Part shown: piece by piece, positions 22,301 through 31,713 of the stretch
Position numbering within the stretch: position 1 is the stretch's first letter
How the letters are laid out: every line of letters starts with the position of its first letter
IMG/VR virus record: IMGVR_UViG_3300025110_000002
Span: 4,124 to 68,123 of that record
Strand: one strand, 5' to 3'
Origin: a virus
Length of the DNA: 64,000 nt
The notes under the pieces: generated by a model
Told to the model about the DNA's origin: nothing
Database searches by the model: none
Seen by the model: only the letters and a program-made list of their open reading frames with translations
Position numbers and translations under genes: made by a program

Positions 22301-24191
22301 CAGTTACAGGGAATGTTTTTACAAAATCTATAGTTCCGCTTGTATGAATTATTGATCCTATAATAATATTATGCGCTATTAACGCGTCTGTAAATGGAGT
22401 TGTTTGTTGGTTAACACTTCCTGCTGAATCTATATATACCCAAGTATTTAACTGCTTATCGCTACCGCTATTTAAACCGGAGCATGTAAATGTTTGTTGA
22501 GACCAAGCTACGTGTTTTATTTCTGGGTGTGGTTCCCCTGAGCCTCCCTCTTTATTTAAATCATTAACTATACCAGTCCCCGCTGCAATTGTAACTTGGG
22601 TGTTATTAGCTTTAGTAAGTGCACCACCACTTGTAATACCAGACGGAATATTTTCAGTAACATCATCTATAGATAATTCTTTATCATCATATCTAAAATG
22701 TAACACATTAGTAGAATCTTTAGCTTTTAAAAATATTGCGTTATCATTGGATGTTGTGCTAGCTGAATTAAAAGTTAATACATTATCTACTGTCATATTA
22801 TCAGCAGAAGCATCTGCTGTAACAGTTAAATTATTAGCAACATTTAAGTTATTACTTATAGTTACATCATTTGGTAATCCAATTGTCCATGTTCTGTTTG
22901 TGGTTAAATTTTGCGCCGAAGTAGGTGACGTTTCTATTTCATTTGTAGTACCCGAAATAGTTAGTGTAGTATTTTGATCAAGTATTGTTGGTTTGTTTTT
23001 TATAAAAGCATCATCATTTGTGTCTGATTCATTCCAATCAACTTGTACGTTTTGCTCTGCATTAGCGGCTATATTTGTAAGTTTTGTTCTTTCAGCTCCA
23101 GTAATTATAGCTCCTGATCCAGCACTTGTTACGTCAGCAAGATCTGTAACATCGTGATTACTAAGTACCGTTAAATCTGTTGGTTTATTTTGTATAAATG
23201 CATCTGAACTGTTGCTGCTTTCATTCCAGTTAGCTTGAACGTTAACCTCGGCACTTGCCGCAATACCGTTTAATTTTGCTAATAATGTATCTGTAAAATC
23301 ATTTGCAGATAATCCTTTACCAGATACTGTAGCAACTTTACCATCTAATGCCGTTTGTAAACCAGCTATGTTAGATATAGCTAAATTGTCTAGTGTTGAT
23401 TTATTTGCTTCAATAAAATCAACAACTTCTTGTAAAGAGTCTAAATCTACATTATCTGATGTTAATAAAGTATTTATTGTATCAATTAATGCTTTTAATG
23501 TTTTGCCTTGTTCTGCAGACAATGGTTTTCCAGTTCCACCAGTTGTTAGATCATTTACAATATCTGTATATAATATTCTATCATTAATAGTTGCAACAGA
23601 GATCCTTTCTGCGTCGGTTATAATAGCACCTGAGCCGGCTGAAGTTACATCGTTTAACTCAGTTACAGAAAAAGAATTTAAATTTTTAAGGTTATTACCT
23701 AAAGTTGAAATATAATATTCTGAATCTTTTATTAGTTTTCCACTTGCATCTTGATTTGAAACGCTCAATACTTTATAAGTTCCAGATGTTGAATCAGTAA
23801 CAGAGTTAACTCTATATATACCAAAATTATTAGTATCTCCTTTTTTTGTTATTCTAACATCATATCCAGCAAGTACATCTATGTAATTTGATACATCACT
23901 GTTTTGTAAATTTTTATCACTTAAGTATATAGTTTGTATGTCTGAAAAATTAGTAGAGGAATAACTTCCGGTACCTGTTGTAATAATACCAAATTGATCT
24001 CTGTCTACATTATAATCTAATGCTTTAAATACAATACCATCAAATTGCTTAATAAAGTTTTCGCTATTAGCAAGATCTAATAAACTTTGTACTGAAAAGT
24101 TTTTTGTTATGTTATCGCCAGAATTGGACCCGATAACTTTGTCGTTAAGATTTAGATCAACGTCTTGATCGTATGTAAATATTCTTGCCAT
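19317..24191 (-). CDS. Long tail fibre with C-terminal peptidase S74 intramolecular chaperone
   Basis: 1624 aa, T/S/G-rich, with repeats (DVTSAGSGAIIT.AER x2, NVQ..WNE...DAFI.NKPT x2). C-terminus SDVSLKDNI...GVVAQEVEEV...VDYEKL. Confidence 0.85.
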   Translation of the reverse strand: MARIFTYDQDVDLNLNDKVIGSNSGDNITKNFSVQSLLDLANSENFIKQFDGIVFKALDYNVDRDQFGIITTGTGSYSSTNFSDIQTIYLSDKNLQNSDVSNYIDVLAGYDVRITKKGDTNNFGIYRVNSVTDSTSGTYKVLSVSNQDASGKLIKDSEYYISTLGNNLKNLNSFSVTELNDVTSAGSGAIITDAERISVATINDRILYTDIVNDLTTGGTGKPLSAEQGKTLKALIDTINTLLTSDNVDLDSLQEVVDFIEANKSTLDNLAISNIAGLQTALDGKVATVSGKGLSANDFTDTLLAKLNGIAASAEVNVQANWNESSNSSDAFIQNKPTDLTVLSNHDVTDLADVTSAGSGAIITGAERTKLTNIAANAEQNVQVDWNESDTNDDAFIKNKPTILDQNTTLTISGTTNEIETSPTSAQNLTTNRTWTIGLPNDVTISNNLNVANNLTVTADASADNMTVDNVLTFNSASTTSNDNAIFLKAKDSTNVLHFRYDDKELSIDDVTENIPSGITSGGALTKANNTQVTIAAGTGIVNDLNKEGGSGEPHPEIKHVAWSQQTFTCSGLNSGSDKQLNTWVYIDSAGSVNQQTTPFTDALIAHNIIIGSIIHTSGTIDFVKTFPVTAYGAIPQLQEFSRIFGPMKKSGHKVTANGSNLKLNRAAGVAWAFGRNYASDPNNPSLVSDAAKTDAVIHRYYADSSTGHTLDTNDGAGYTAIDPTKYDDSSGTLASMTATKFSVQRLYYFPNEINTIVAYYGKEEYISLSVAEEQYQLESFTESSNTTDQAIYLGALIVRGNATNLSSATEAKFLTGGIHRSVSAIALGGAAAAAQLSDLSDVTVSSASNNQLLKYNSSTGVFENATITTDNIAQGSTNKYDQTVAFSNGGNMTITGTYPNFTLASAHPNISAASSADNSGLTYIQDLTVDSNGHVTGITSTAINTGAIADGGTNLATADQIHTFVTGLNYITGNQSITLSGDVSGSGTTNITTTIGAGTVHHAMLSDDIISGQAALTSGLASSDEFAISDDGVVKKMAVSVLQSYLQSNLSFTTNSDVDVNVANLTARLPQITESLTIGDATDVTITTSGNLTVTGDLTVSGTTTSVNTETVTINDNIILLNKNASTGTDGGIHVERGSTGDDASLIWNESQDRWYAGLAGAEVKILTTADEGTGNGIDSDTLDGQEGSYYLAYGNFTGTPTIPSAANNATITLTAGTGLSGGDAFTTDQSSNETITFALDFSELTDMTADISGTTEFILQNSATESRKAADEISLKYFRNDIAVTVQNVGGSNKYFIDGTQQADVTLMPGFKYRFTHPTGHPFRFSTTSDGTHNSGSAYATGVDTSVSGVTEITVEQDTPKTLYYYCSSHSGMGGTIYVGAGVRSVGTSTGLSGTITETGNIGLAINDLTVETTIADADEILFYDATASAHKTITKANFITATNIIAGKGLTLTSNTLDVDADCRADIQQIGYDSNNYYASTSTKHQWAFGSSSATVVMEIDSTNKDLLVDGDVVAFSTGVSDVSLKDNIETIPNALETVNKLRGVEYDWNDGSRKGKHDLGVVAQEVEEVIPHIVYEKELLGGKKVKTVDYEKLNAVLIEAVKELTQKVNNLEKQMKDANS

Positions 24192-24193
24192 TT

Positions 24194-24610
24194 TTATTTA
24201 TGTTTATTATTTCCAAATACTTTTTCCACACCTCTCGAACCGAAATAGCCTCCGATTACAATAGTGAGAAGGCCAGTAATTGAATCAAGTGGATAGCCCA
24301 TATACCAGCCAGCCACATAACTTATTGTTAAAAATACGAGTACTAGAGGCCGAACATTTGAAGCAAGCCAACTTCCTGATCTGGCATCCGCCACCCAACG
24401 TTTTGTTGTGCCATCTATTTCAGCTCTTTCTATTTCTAATTTTTTAAGAGCTATAGCTTTATCGCCCTCGGACATATCACTACCACCAATTATTGCTTTT
24501 ATAACAGAGCCCACTGGAGTGTCACCAGCAATTGCTCCAACAACATTAGGAATTTTATTTAATAAAAATTTTCCAACCCCGGTGTCTTTAAATTTTTTTT
24601 TATTGCTCAT
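24194..24610 (-). CDS. Putative holin (3TM family)
   Basis: WLASNVRPL, two TM helices and GGYFGSRGVEK, near the endolysin. Confidence 0.7.
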   Translation of the reverse strand: MSNKKKFKDTGVGKFLLNKIPNVVGAIAGDTPVGSVIKAIIGGSDMSEGDKAIALKKLEIERAEIDGTTKRWVADARSGSWLASNVRPLVLVFLTISYVAGWYMGYPLDSITGLLTIVIGGYFGSRGVEKVFGNNKHK

Positions 24611-24616
24611 TTAATT

Positions 24617-24751
24617 TTATTTTTTTCTTTTTACGCAGTTATTAACCATTTTGGTTTTACCGCTTTTAGTTTTTCTACCACTAGGTGATTTTTTTTTGCC
24701 TTTAGCTACGTAACCTTTCCAACAAGATGCAGCTTTTTTTCTTTTAGCCAT
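24617..24751 (-). CDS. Small basic protein with CWKGY...NCV motif
   Basis: Manually translated 44 aa: MAKRKKAASCWKGYVAKGKKKSPSGRKTKSGKTKMVNNCVKRKK. Confidence 0.6.
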   Translation of the reverse strand: MAKRKKAASCWKGYVAKGKKKSPSGRKTKSGKTKMVNNCVKRKK

Positions 24752-24762
24752 ATTTTATAATA

Positions 24763-25083
24763 TTAACAGTTCCACCTTCTTCTAGCAGCTTTACCTCTTT
24801 CCCCGGTCCAGCCTCTAGATCTAGCACAAAATGATTTTCTTCTATTAGCAGCTTTACTACCTGGCTTTAATTTACTAGGAGGTGTTGTTACTGCTGTTTT
24901 TAATTTAGAACCAGGATTGTCAGCTTTATATTTATTTACACCTTTTTGTGACATACCACCACCTGCAGCCGCACCTGTTCCTGTTGGATTAGCTTTATTA
25001 TAATATCCTAAAGATTTTTTCTTTGACGGTGCTGGGGGTTTTTTCATTAAAGGTGAAACCCTTTTAGTTATTGGTTTATACAT
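24763..25083 (-). CDS. Small basic protein, probably virion-internal
   Basis: K/R-rich, with an NPGSKLKTAVT...RRKSFCAR motif seen in other marine phages. Confidence 0.6.
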   Translation of the reverse strand: MYKPITKRVSPLMKKPPAPSKKKSLGYYNKANPTGTGAAAGGGMSQKGVNKYKADNPGSKLKTAVTTPPSKLKPGSKAANRRKSFCARSRGWTGERGKAARRRWNC

Positions 25084-25546
25084 TTGTAATATCTTTATAT
25101 ATTGTTTTGCCTTTTTCTTTTATAGCTTTTAATATTCTTTTACGCCCTTTTCCACCACTTACATAACTAACATGCACCCAAGAAGGGTTCACATCATCTC
25201 CAAATTCCCATATAAGCTGATCAAAAGGTAAATTTTCTTTTATATAATTAAAGTAATCAGCATTTGTATATTTGTTGCTATACACGTCGTCTATATCAAT
25301 TGCTTCCCCTTTACAATGTTGTGAGTTTTTTGACCCTCCGATTTTTGTATTTAATTTAGGTGAACGATAAAATGAGGATATGTAAATAGGTTCCCCTACA
25401 AATTTTCTTAAAGGCTCAAAAATATTATTAGCCGTTTCCTGCATCTTTGCTAAAATAGCACCATCTGGAAAATTATCAATCCCTAATCGTTCTGCTGTAT
25501 TTGATTTAGTAGCCTCTGTGAGACTTATATGATCTGTTAATTTCAT
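25076..25546 (-). CDS. Peptidase M15-family endolysin
   Basis: SSFYRSPKLN, SQHCKGEAIDI and WVHVS Zn-binding motifs. Confidence 0.85.
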   Translation of the reverse strand: MKLTDHISLTEATKSNTAERLGIDNFPDGAILAKMQETANNIFEPLRKFVGEPIYISSFYRSPKLNTKIGGSKNSQHCKGEAIDIDDVYSNKYTNADYFNYIKENLPFDQLIWEFGDDVNPSWVHVSYVSGGKGRKRILKAIKEKGKTIYKDITNV

Positions 25547-25677
25547 TAGTCATTATCACAATCACATATCTCTTTCCCAACTTTAGTAGTGCAGGATGAA
25601 CATGATTTAGTTTGCTGCTTTTTTTGTGCGTGTGCTTTTGTTGTAATTGGTATTGCCGTAGGCCCTGATTTTCCCAT
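25546..25677 (-). CDS. Small Cys-containing protein
   Basis: Manually translated 43 aa, MGKSGPTAIPITTKAHAQKKQQTKSCSSCTTKVGKEICDCDND. Fills the gap and is coupled to the endolysin by TAATG. Confidence 0.55.
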   Translation of the reverse strand: MGKSGPTAIPITTKAHAQKKQQTKSCSSCTTKVGKEICDCDND

Positions 25678-25679
25678 AA

Positions 25680-25979
25680 CTATGCTTTTTTTATTTGTTT
25701 TTTATATGCTTCCGCCTCCCATCCGTAATGTTTGGCGCCTTCTTTCATATTTTTTCTAGAATATTTTTTTCCATTCCAATAGACATAATCTGTATCGTAC
25801 CATAATCTACCGTCTTTTATTTGTTGCCTGTGTGTTTTTTCGTGAGATAACGCAATTTTTTGTTGAACAGGTGAAAGATTTTTATTAATTACTATCCTTC
25901 CGCTATTATAAGTTTCTCCATGAATTTCTTTGGGTAATTTTTTATACTCAACTTTATTTGTTACCTTTTTCTTTTTCAT
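25680..25979 (-). CDS. Small zincin-like metallopeptidase
   Basis: HEKTH (HExxH) preceded by GRIVIN, with a downstream WEAEAY third-ligand motif. Confidence 0.65.
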   Translation of the reverse strand: MKKKKVTNKVEYKKLPKEIHGETYNSGRIVINKNLSPVQQKIALSHEKTHRQQIKDGRLWYDTDYVYWNGKKYSRKNMKEGAKHYGWEAEAYKKQIKKA

Positions 25980-26416
25980 CTTGTTAGATCTTTATTCATC
26001 TTATTAATAGCAGAATTATATACTTTATCTCTGTAGCTGTTGTTTTTATTAAATATACTGCGTCTAGAAAATGGCAAATCTTCTTGTCCTAATAATACTC
26101 TATAAATCCTGCTAATTAAATATTTACATTTTGTTGAAACATTATATACAGTATATTTTATAGTAGTTCTATTTCTATTTGTGTATACTTCAATCCACCC
26201 GTTTTTTCTTAATTTTTCCCAACGATTTTTATCCCAAGAATAAATATAGGTGCCATTGATATAATCATTACGCGTAAATTTACCAAGACAATCAAAATGA
26301 ATAAGTAATTCTAAATCACTATCAGTTAAATTATATGTTTTACAAGCCCATTTTCTAACAAGCCTGTAATATTTAAACAGCCCTATCTTCCTAATAACAG
26401 AAGAATCAAGTTTCAT
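25976..26416 (-). CDS. Hypothetical protein, possibly winged-helix
   Basis: LTDSDLELL...LRKNGWIEV...Y.VSTK pattern resembles MarR-type winged HTH. Confidence 0.5.
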   Translation of the reverse strand: MKLDSSVIRKIGLFKYYRLVRKWACKTYNLTDSDLELLIHFDCLGKFTRNDYINGTYIYSWDKNRWEKLRKNGWIEVYTNRNRTTIKYTVYNVSTKCKYLISRIYRVLLGQEDLPFSRRSIFNKNNSYRDKVYNSAINKMNKDLTR

Positions 26417-26673
26417 AATACGGCAATAACGTCTTGTTCTTTAATTACAAAAAACAACTCATCATTAAATTCGATCCCATATCCGGCATGTTTATCATAA
26501 TATATCATGTCTTTACCAGATAGCCCTTCTACTAAATTGCCTACAGATACAACAGAGGCCTTTTGGTATCTTACATCGTTTTGATGTTGCTCAGCTAAAA
26601 TTAAACCGCTTTTGTTGGGTTTTGGTTTTTCTTTTAGCTTTTTAATTATTATGTATCTATTTACAGCTCTCAT
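26413..26673 (-). CDS. groES: Co-chaperonin GroES
   Basis: Start MRAVNRYIII overlaps the GroEL stop (ATGA). Contains KSGLILA, VVSVG and IKEQDVIAVL. Confidence 0.88.
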   Translation of the reverse strand: MRAVNRYIIIKKLKEKPKPNKSGLILAEQHQNDVRYQKASVVSVGNLVEGLSGKDMIYYDKHAGYGIEFNDELFFVIKEQDVIAVL

Positions 26674-28220
26674 TGTTCTCTCACATTTGCGATTACACAA
26701 TTAGCTGACATTATAGTTGTGGCAACTGAAGTGGCATTTTTTAAGGCTGTTTTTGTGACAAGCACTGGATCAATAATACCCTCCTTAACTAAATCACAAG
26801 ATTTACCAGTAACTACATTTATCCCTTTACCTTCTTCGTGATATGGGCCATATTTTATACTTGCGTTTTCTAATATTGTTTTATAAGGAGATTTTATAGC
26901 TTTAAATAAAATTTCCTCCCCTATATTTGTAGCTTCAAAATTATCAGATGCGTTGTGCAGCGCAATACCAGCTCCTGGAACAATTCCTTCTTTAAGAGCT
27001 GCTTTAACAGCATATATTGCGTCTTCTACTCTATCTTTCTTTTCTTTTAATTCTACTTTACTATTGGCACCCACATATATTATTCCTACTCCACCGGATA
27101 GCATTGCTTTCCTATCTGTTAATTTTTTTAATAAATAAGGATTTTTTTCTTCTTTAGCTCTTTTTTCAATTGCTTGTATCCTTTCTTTAGTTGAATCATT
27201 TATAGCATTAGTTGTAATTACAGTATCTTTTTCATCAGTAACAACCTTAATTGCTTCTCCTAAAACAGATTCATCAATCAAATCTAAATCATCACCTAAT
27301 TCTTCATTAATTACTTTAGCCCCTGTAACAGCAGCTAAATCATCTAACATTTCTTTTCTTAAATTAGCAAAACCAGGAGGATCTATTACATTGGCTTTAA
27401 TATTACCTTTTACTTTATTCATTATTAAAGCGGATAAAGGTTGTGCACCAACAGGTCCTATAATTAAAATAGATCTTTTATTTTTTATAGCATACTCTAA
27501 AACCGATTGAATTTTTCTTATAGTTTCAATTTCAGTATCTACAAGAAGAATTAAAGGATTTTCAAGAATAATTTTATTTTTTTCTTTATCGGTTATAAAG
27601 TGTTGAGATTTTATACCAGAATCAAATTTTACACCATCTACAATTTCGACATAAGTTTGTTCATCGTCTGATTCCTCCATTAATACAACACCTTCATTAC
27701 CTACTTTTTTATAGGCATCAGCGATTAAGTCGCCTAAAACTGTGTCGCTATTAGTAGAAATATTAGCCACATGCTTTAACATATTTCCTTTAACTTTTAC
27801 AGCAACTTTATCAAGATATTTTATTACTTTTTTAGTAGCATTATTTATACCTTCTTTTATTAATCTTACATCATTAATTTTGCTGTCCCAATATTCTTTT
27901 AATATGGAGTGTGCCAGTACGGTCGAAGTTGTCGTACCGTCACCGGCCTCTTTAACTGTTTGCTGTGCTGCCTCTTTTATGAGGGTTGCTCCAATATTTT
28001 CTGTGGCATCCATAAGGATTACGCTGTTTGCAACAGTAACTCCATCTTTTGTTACTATAGGTCTTCCAGTGCCGTCTTCATATATAACGCATTTACCGGA
28101 AGCGCCAAGCGTTGAAGAAACTGCTTTAGACAGCTTCTCCACACCGGCCATGACTTTTTGTTGTGCAAGATCACCAAAATGAAGATCTTTTACAATTTCA
28201 CTAGGATTATTAAATTCCAT
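26670..28220 (-). CDS. groEL: Phage-type chaperonin GroEL
   Basis: VTKDGVTVA, AGDGTTT, DRVEDA, GIVPGAG and GIIDP motifs. No C-terminal GGM tail. Confidence 0.95.
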   Translation of the reverse strand: MEFNNPSEIVKDLHFGDLAQQKVMAGVEKLSKAVSSTLGASGKCVIYEDGTGRPIVTKDGVTVANSVILMDATENIGATLIKEAAQQTVKEAGDGTTTSTVLAHSILKEYWDSKINDVRLIKEGINNATKKVIKYLDKVAVKVKGNMLKHVANISTNSDTVLGDLIADAYKKVGNEGVVLMEESDDEQTYVEIVDGVKFDSGIKSQHFITDKEKNKIILENPLILLVDTEIETIRKIQSVLEYAIKNKRSILIIGPVGAQPLSALIMNKVKGNIKANVIDPPGFANLRKEMLDDLAAVTGAKVINEELGDDLDLIDESVLGEAIKVVTDEKDTVITTNAINDSTKERIQAIEKRAKEEKNPYLLKKLTDRKAMLSGGVGIIYVGANSKVELKEKKDRVEDAIYAVKAALKEGIVPGAGIALHNASDNFEATNIGEEILFKAIKSPYKTILENASIKYGPYHEEGKGINVVTGKSCDLVKEGIIDPVLVTKTALKNATSVATTIMSANCVIANVREQ

Positions 28221-28242
28221 TAGATTTGATTTTTATTATTTA

Positions 28243-28527
28243 TTATTTAAATGTTTTCACTACAATAGGTCCTTCTGATAATTTAAGTTTTCTTTTATAG
28301 TGTTCAATTGAAGAATCGATAGCTTTTTCTGCACCATCTATTGTTTCCCTTCTGGTAACTCCATTCCAAGAATCATTATTTTTAAATTCTGTTTGATAGT
28401 ATCCATTAGGTAATTCTGTTATTCTCCAGTTGCTTTTTTCAGCATAATTTTTCCAAAGCTCTTTGGTTTCTTCGGATAATTGTGGTTCTGAAGTCCATGT
28501 ATTGGACTTGTAATAAAAATAGGTCAT
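28243..28527 (-). CDS. Hypothetical protein
   Basis: 94-aa ORF upstream of groEL. Confidence 0.6.
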   Translation of the reverse strand: MTYFYYKSNTWTSEPQLSEETKELWKNYAEKSNWRITELPNGYYQTEFKNNDSWNGVTRRETIDGAEKAIDSSIEHYKRKLKLSEGPIVVKTFK

Positions 28528-28564
28528 AATTAAGGTTTTTTGGTTAAAAAAAAATTTTCTGCAT

Positions 28565-30793
28565 TTATCCCTGCAGTTGGGATTTTAGGTCATCTATTTG
28601 GGTTTGTTGTTCTTTTACTGTTTCAATCAGCAGCCCAATTATACCATTATAATCAACTGCTAAGTGTGAAGATTCGTCTTCTAAATCGTTTACTTTAGAA
28701 ACGAGCGAAGGCATAACACCATCCACGTCTTGTGCTATAACACCCCCGCTTTGTTTACCGTTTCTTTTCCAATCAAAGGTAACCCCGTTTAGTTGTTTAA
28801 CTTTTTCAATTGGGTTATCAATATTTTTAATATTTTCTTTTAAATTTTCGTCAGATGCTATTGTCGTTGAAAAAGCAACAACATCTCCATCAACTTGCAA
28901 ATCCCCATCAGCTTCCAGCCTCATTTCATTATTACTATTAACAAAGAAATCAATTTTAGTATTATCTGTTGGCCAAGATGTATATGTGTTGGCTTGTCCT
29001 CCTTTTGTTATAGTTCCAAGTTGTGTATCACCCACACAATCATTAGCTAATTTAGCAGAAGTTACCGCATTTGCAGCAATTTTAGCTGTTGTAACGTTAT
29101 TATCTAAAATTTTTACTGTTGTAACCGCATTGCTAGCTATTTTAGTATCAGTTATAGCAGAATTCACTATTTGAGAAGTTCCTGCAGCATTATCAGCTAA
29201 AAGTGCATTTGTAATTGCATCATCAGCTATAAGTGCAGTTGTTATTGCATCATCTGCAATCATTGCAGTTACTATAATATCATTGACAAGATGGTTTGCA
29301 TCCAGGGCCCTAAATTCTAATGCATTTCCTGCAGCGTTAACAGTTAATATTTGATGAGCACTACCTATAGAGCCAGGTGTGTCATTAAGTGCTGTAAATG
29401 TAGTAGAACCTACTTGATCAGTATCAATCCATTTTAATCCTTTGTGAGCTGTACTTCCTTGATTGTTTACATCTACCGCTAAAACTTTACCAGATGTACC
29501 TGTATTTACTGTTGTAAAATGATTGACATTGGCAACTTTAAAATCTTGAAATTGTAAAGCATTTGTTCCAGCATTTACCGCAAGCATTTGTCCAGCTGAC
29601 CCAAAAGAACTGGGAGTATCAGACATTGCTATAAAAGTACTAGCACCTGATCCTGCTGTAGTCCAAACTAATGCTCCACTACTATTTAAAGAAAGCACTT
29701 GTCCATTTGTACCAACAGATGGCGATAATTTTGCAGCAGTTACTGCACTGTTTGAAATATTAGAAGTACCAACAGCACTGAGTGTTGCTAGCGAGCCCGC
29801 ATCTGTAATATGAGACATTACATGCGTATGATTTGCTTTAGCTACCCTCGCCGCATTTCTATCTGTGGTAGATGTTTGCAAATCTGCAAATGCAGAACTA
29901 CCGAAAGTGAACGTAGGGTCTGTTCCTGAAAACCCGCCACCTAAATCAAAAGTAAGTGTATTACTATTTTGTGTAACAGCCGATAAATAATAATTAGCTG
30001 TTGAGTTGGCGGCCCATGAGAATCCATCAGCACCATCTGAAACTAAAGCATGTCCTGAAGTGGGTGAATTTGAAATTTTTAATTTTTCTTCTGTTATAGC
30101 TCCTTCAGCAACCTTAAGTGTTGTTATTGAGTCGTTAACTATTTCATTTGTATCAACTTCACTTTTCCATGCCAATGTGCCTAAAGCCGTTGTGTCTATA
30201 TCGCTAATCGATAATCCCGATGCTAGTTGTGTTTTAATAGATGCAACACTTTCAAATGCAGCCGATCCAAATGTAAAAGCTTGATTTGCGGCCCCATTTA
30301 CTGAAAATGTTAATACATTACCATCTCTTGTTATACCATTTAAATAAAAGTTTGTATCGGATAGGTTTGCAGCATTTACCCATGAAAATGAACCATCCCC
30401 ATCGGATTGTAATAATTGTCCTGATGTACCATTACCTGAAACATTTAAATAATATGCGGTAATATCATTTTCTGATACAACCGCAGCGGTATTAAAAGTT
30501 TTATCTGATGCCATAAAGGCACTAGAAGCTGAAAAAGCTGCTGTACCTAGTGTTAATTCTTGATTATCTGTACCATTTACATTAAAAGTGACTACACCTG
30601 TTGTAGAATTTACTGTTATAGCACTTAAATAATAATTTGTATCTACAACACCTCCTGAAGATAAAGATATAAAGTCTATTAAAGAGCCTACAGAAAAATT
30701 TCTTGTAACATTTGTGTTCTCAGCGTCCGATCCTATAAGAATGTCGTCCCTGGACAGCACTAAATCTCTGTCATATGTAGATATTCTAGCCAT
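28565..30793 (-). CDS. Second tail fibre with C-terminal peptidase S74 chaperone
   Basis: N-terminus paralogous to 19317-24191, IADDAIT-type 10-aa repeats, and SDENLKENI...GGVIAQDV...VDYNGI. Confidence 0.85.
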   Translation of the reverse strand: MARISTYDRDLVLSRDDILIGSDAENTNVTRNFSVGSLIDFISLSSGGVVDTNYYLSAITVNSTTGVVTFNVNGTDNQELTLGTAAFSASSAFMASDKTFNTAAVVSENDITAYYLNVSGNGTSGQLLQSDGDGSFSWVNAANLSDTNFYLNGITRDGNVLTFSVNGAANQAFTFGSAAFESVASIKTQLASGLSISDIDTTALGTLAWKSEVDTNEIVNDSITTLKVAEGAITEEKLKISNSPTSGHALVSDGADGFSWAANSTANYYLSAVTQNSNTLTFDLGGGFSGTDPTFTFGSSAFADLQTSTTDRNAARVAKANHTHVMSHITDAGSLATLSAVGTSNISNSAVTAAKLSPSVGTNGQVLSLNSSGALVWTTAGSGASTFIAMSDTPSSFGSAGQMLAVNAGTNALQFQDFKVANVNHFTTVNTGTSGKVLAVDVNNQGSTAHKGLKWIDTDQVGSTTFTALNDTPGSIGSAHQILTVNAAGNALEFRALDANHLVNDIIVTAMIADDAITTALIADDAITNALLADNAAGTSQIVNSAITDTKIASNAVTTVKILDNNVTTAKIAANAVTSAKLANDCVGDTQLGTITKGGQANTYTSWPTDNTKIDFFVNSNNEMRLEADGDLQVDGDVVAFSTTIASDENLKENIKNIDNPIEKVKQLNGVTFDWKRNGKQSGGVIAQDVDGVMPSLVSKVNDLEDESSHLAVDYNGIIGLLIETVKEQQTQIDDLKSQLQG

Positions 30794-31149
30794 TATTTTT
30801 TAGTTTTAATAAGTGAAGTGACGGGTTTCATTTGAAGAGGAGTTTCCATTGAACTAATAAATTCATCGGTTTTTTGCGCATCAACATTAGCCTTTTTCTT
30901 TCTTTCTTCTTGCAAAGCTTTATATTTCCCAGACAAATCCATTTTTTCTGTAACTACTCTATCTTGGCCTTCATTATCAAGCCCAACGCCCATTCTTATA
31001 AATTCTTTAGTTCTTTGCTTTCTATTAGCTAATTTTTCTTTTATAAGAGCTTTAGCCTCTGGGGAATCGTCACCAAGTTTACGTCTAGCTTTTCGCGCAA
31101 GTCTAGCGTCTTGACGTTCTATTTGAGTTTTCCTTTCTTTTTTTGCCAT
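30793..31149 (-). CDS. Basic hypothetical protein
   Basis: K/R-rich, ending in TPLQMKPVTSLIKTKK. Confidence 0.6.
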   Translation of the reverse strand: MAKKERKTQIERQDARLARKARRKLGDDSPEAKALIKEKLANRKQRTKEFIRMGVGLDNEGQDRVVTEKMDLSGKYKALQEERKKKANVDAQKTDEFISSMETPLQMKPVTSLIKTKK

Positions 31150-31156
31150 GAGTATT

Positions 31157-31711
31157 TTATCTTCTGACCCTTGAAGTAATGGGTCTCATTTTTAAAGGTG
31201 CAGTTTCTTTTTCCTTAAGTTTTGGAGCTGTACCCTCTGCGCTGGGCTTCCCAGCTGTAGTTTTTTCTCTAGGTTTAACTCTTTCAAGACCCGACAGATC
31301 AGCTTTTGGTTTAGCTGAAGTTAATCTTTTTTTCTTAATTTCTGAAACAGAACCTTCTACTACGACTTTAGAGCCGTCTTTTAATGTTCTTTTCATGGTT
31401 CTTCCATCTGGGCCTGTTTTAGTCCCTGCAATTGTAGAGCCATACATAGCACCTTCGCCACCGGTACCTTTCATTTTAACATAGGTTTTTGTTCCTATTC
31501 TTCCAGCCCCTTCTCTCTTTGCCATTGTGCTTTGTTTTCTAGCTTCATCAAAATCTTTATTTTCTAATGATTTTTTTAGTTTTGCTGCTCTTGAAGCACT
31601 CCTGCCTTTTTCAACAGTTTTTGTAGTAATAACATTTTTACCACCTCTTTTTCTTTTTTTTTCTTTTGTACTGGTGTCTAGTACAACATCCCCGTATTTA
31701 TTTTTTGGCAT
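31157..31711 (-). CDS. Basic low-complexity protein, possibly internal virion protein
   Basis: K/G/T-rich, ending in APLKMRPITSRVRR. Confidence 0.6.
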   Translation of the reverse strand: MPKNKYGDVVLDTSTKEKKRKRGGKNVITTKTVEKGRSASRAAKLKKSLENKDFDEARKQSTMAKREGAGRIGTKTYVKMKGTGGEGAMYGSTIAGTKTGPDGRTMKRTLKDGSKVVVEGSVSEIKKKRLTSAKPKADLSGLERVKPREKTTAGKPSAEGTAPKLKEKETAPLKMRPITSRVRR

Positions 31712-31713
31712 GA

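Noticed and set aside
12185-24191. Diversity-generating retroelement acting on fibre genes
   Set aside because: There is no reverse transcriptase and I saw no adenine-specific template/variable repeat pair. The repeats are diverged protein domains.
26413-28220. groEL/groES as host contamination or a prophage boundary
   Set aside because: The sequences are divergent, in reversed order, lack the GGM tail and are coupled to phage genes on both sides. No integrase or host genes are seen.
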